From an uncultured bacterium (lineage in GTDB: Bacteria > Hydrothermota > Tepidihabitantia > Tepidihabitantales > DTDR01): a stretch of 64,000 bases of DNA. The stretch lies in the NCBI GenBank assembly GCA_964505415.1, contig CAZDHW010000009.1, forward strand, positions 1,102 to 65,101. Reading direction: 5' to 3'. The notes beneath the pieces were generated by a model, which was not told the origin of the DNA, ran no database searches, and worked only from the letters and a program-made list of their open reading frames with translations. Numbering within the stretch: position 1 is the stretch's first letter; each line of letters opens with the position of its first letter. The translations under genes were made by a program, and so were the position numbers. This document shows, in pieces, positions 63,708-64,000 of the stretch.

Positions 63708-64000
63708 AGATTAAAATTTTAAAGAAAATAACGAAAAAAGTCAAAGTAAATTGGAAAAGAATTTAAGGGATTTAATAAATAATTATTTTTTTTATTACTT
63801 GACAATCAGGGATAGCAAGCTTAAGAAAATAACTACCGGCTGATAAATTCTTGGTGTCAATAAGAAAATAACTATCGGCCCTTTGAGCTTGATATTTAAT
63901 TTCGCCCAGCGGATTATAAATAGTTATTTGGACTGGATTTTTAACCGGCCGGGAAGAAAAGATTTTTAACCAATTTTTTTCTTTAATGATTTTCCAACCA
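63700..64000 (-). CDS. Partial CDS (C-terminal end; N-terminus beyond window): protein with T9SS C-terminal sorting domain
   Basis: Reverse-strand frame open from window edge. Translation ends ...VQITIYNPLGEIKYQAQRADSYFLIDTKNLSAGSYFLKLAIPD..., typical Por_Secre_tail pattern. Stop TGA 63702-63700 overlaps the lysS start. Not in ORF track. Confidence 0.4.

Noticed and set aside
1-64000. Search for CRISPR arrays, rRNA/tRNA genes, integrases/transposases, prophage or defence-system hallmarks (nucleases, RT, cyclases, STAND ATPases)
   Set aside because: No direct-repeat arrays, no tRNA-like GC-rich cloverleaf segments (no GTTCGAATC-type T-arm) and no recombinase-like ORFs were seen. The NYN and PHP proteins sit in housekeeping contexts (tsaB-coaX-birA; deacetylase) rather than defence islands.

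Overview
This is a 64 kb window of AT-rich (about 30% GC by eye), very compact bacterial chromosome. Almost every base is coding, and many neighbouring genes overlap by 4 to 30 bp. I could support about 60 protein-coding genes, one partial CDS running off the right edge, one recoding element and two sigma70-like promoters. I saw no rRNA or tRNA genes, no CRISPR array, and no transposase or integrase.

All homology calls come from reading motifs in the provided translations. No database search was run.

Main content, left to right:
- 21-7707: PBP1A, a divergent Fe-S redox pair (HdrD-like CCG protein and an AmmeMemoRadiSam-type radical SAM enzyme with a DUF362/ferredoxin partner), ScpA and NadA.
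- 7728-13175, minus strand: an envelope-stress string, rseC - secreted hypothetical - ECF sigma - ZAS anti-sigma - mnmA - lptF/G.
- 13260-18119: a CcdA-like membrane protein, then selD, then a second AmmeMemoRadiSam paralog co-operonic with a fused membrane/spermidine-synthase-like protein. selD is a selenoprotein the ORF track missed: an in-frame TGA at codon 17, a SECIS hairpin, and a consensus promoter that makes the mRNA near-leaderless.
- 18072-21197: a two-component pair, archease and a gamma-carbonic-anhydrase-like protein.
- 21451-38400, plus strand: a 17 kb Wzx/Wzy-type polysaccharide locus. It runs MurJ-like flippase, Wzy-like, two unusual GT fusions, an amino-sugar branch, Wza-like, Wzc BY-kinase, and ends in a hybrid REC-PAS-HK, a REC-only regulator and a PilB/GspE-like ATPase.
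- 38405-49974: archaeal-type FBP aldolase/phosphatase, an amino-sugar/formyl module, tsaB-NYN-coaX-birA, an FG-GAP protein with a T9SS tail, FTCD, a PHP phosphoesterase and a polysaccharide deacetylase.
- 49342-63707, minus strand: 3D-domain protein, M14 peptidase with T9SS tail, acyl-CoA dehydrogenase, a YwlE-type phosphoarginine phosphatase signature fused to an unknown N-terminal domain, purD, dnaN, selA, mcsB, mcsA, lolD, lolC/E and lysS.
- 63700-64000: an unlisted partial ORF with a third T9SS tail.

Three T9SS cargo proteins, class V FBPase, Sec usage and McsAB together suggest an uncultivated, probably FCB-related or candidate-phylum lineage. I cannot place it further from sequence alone.
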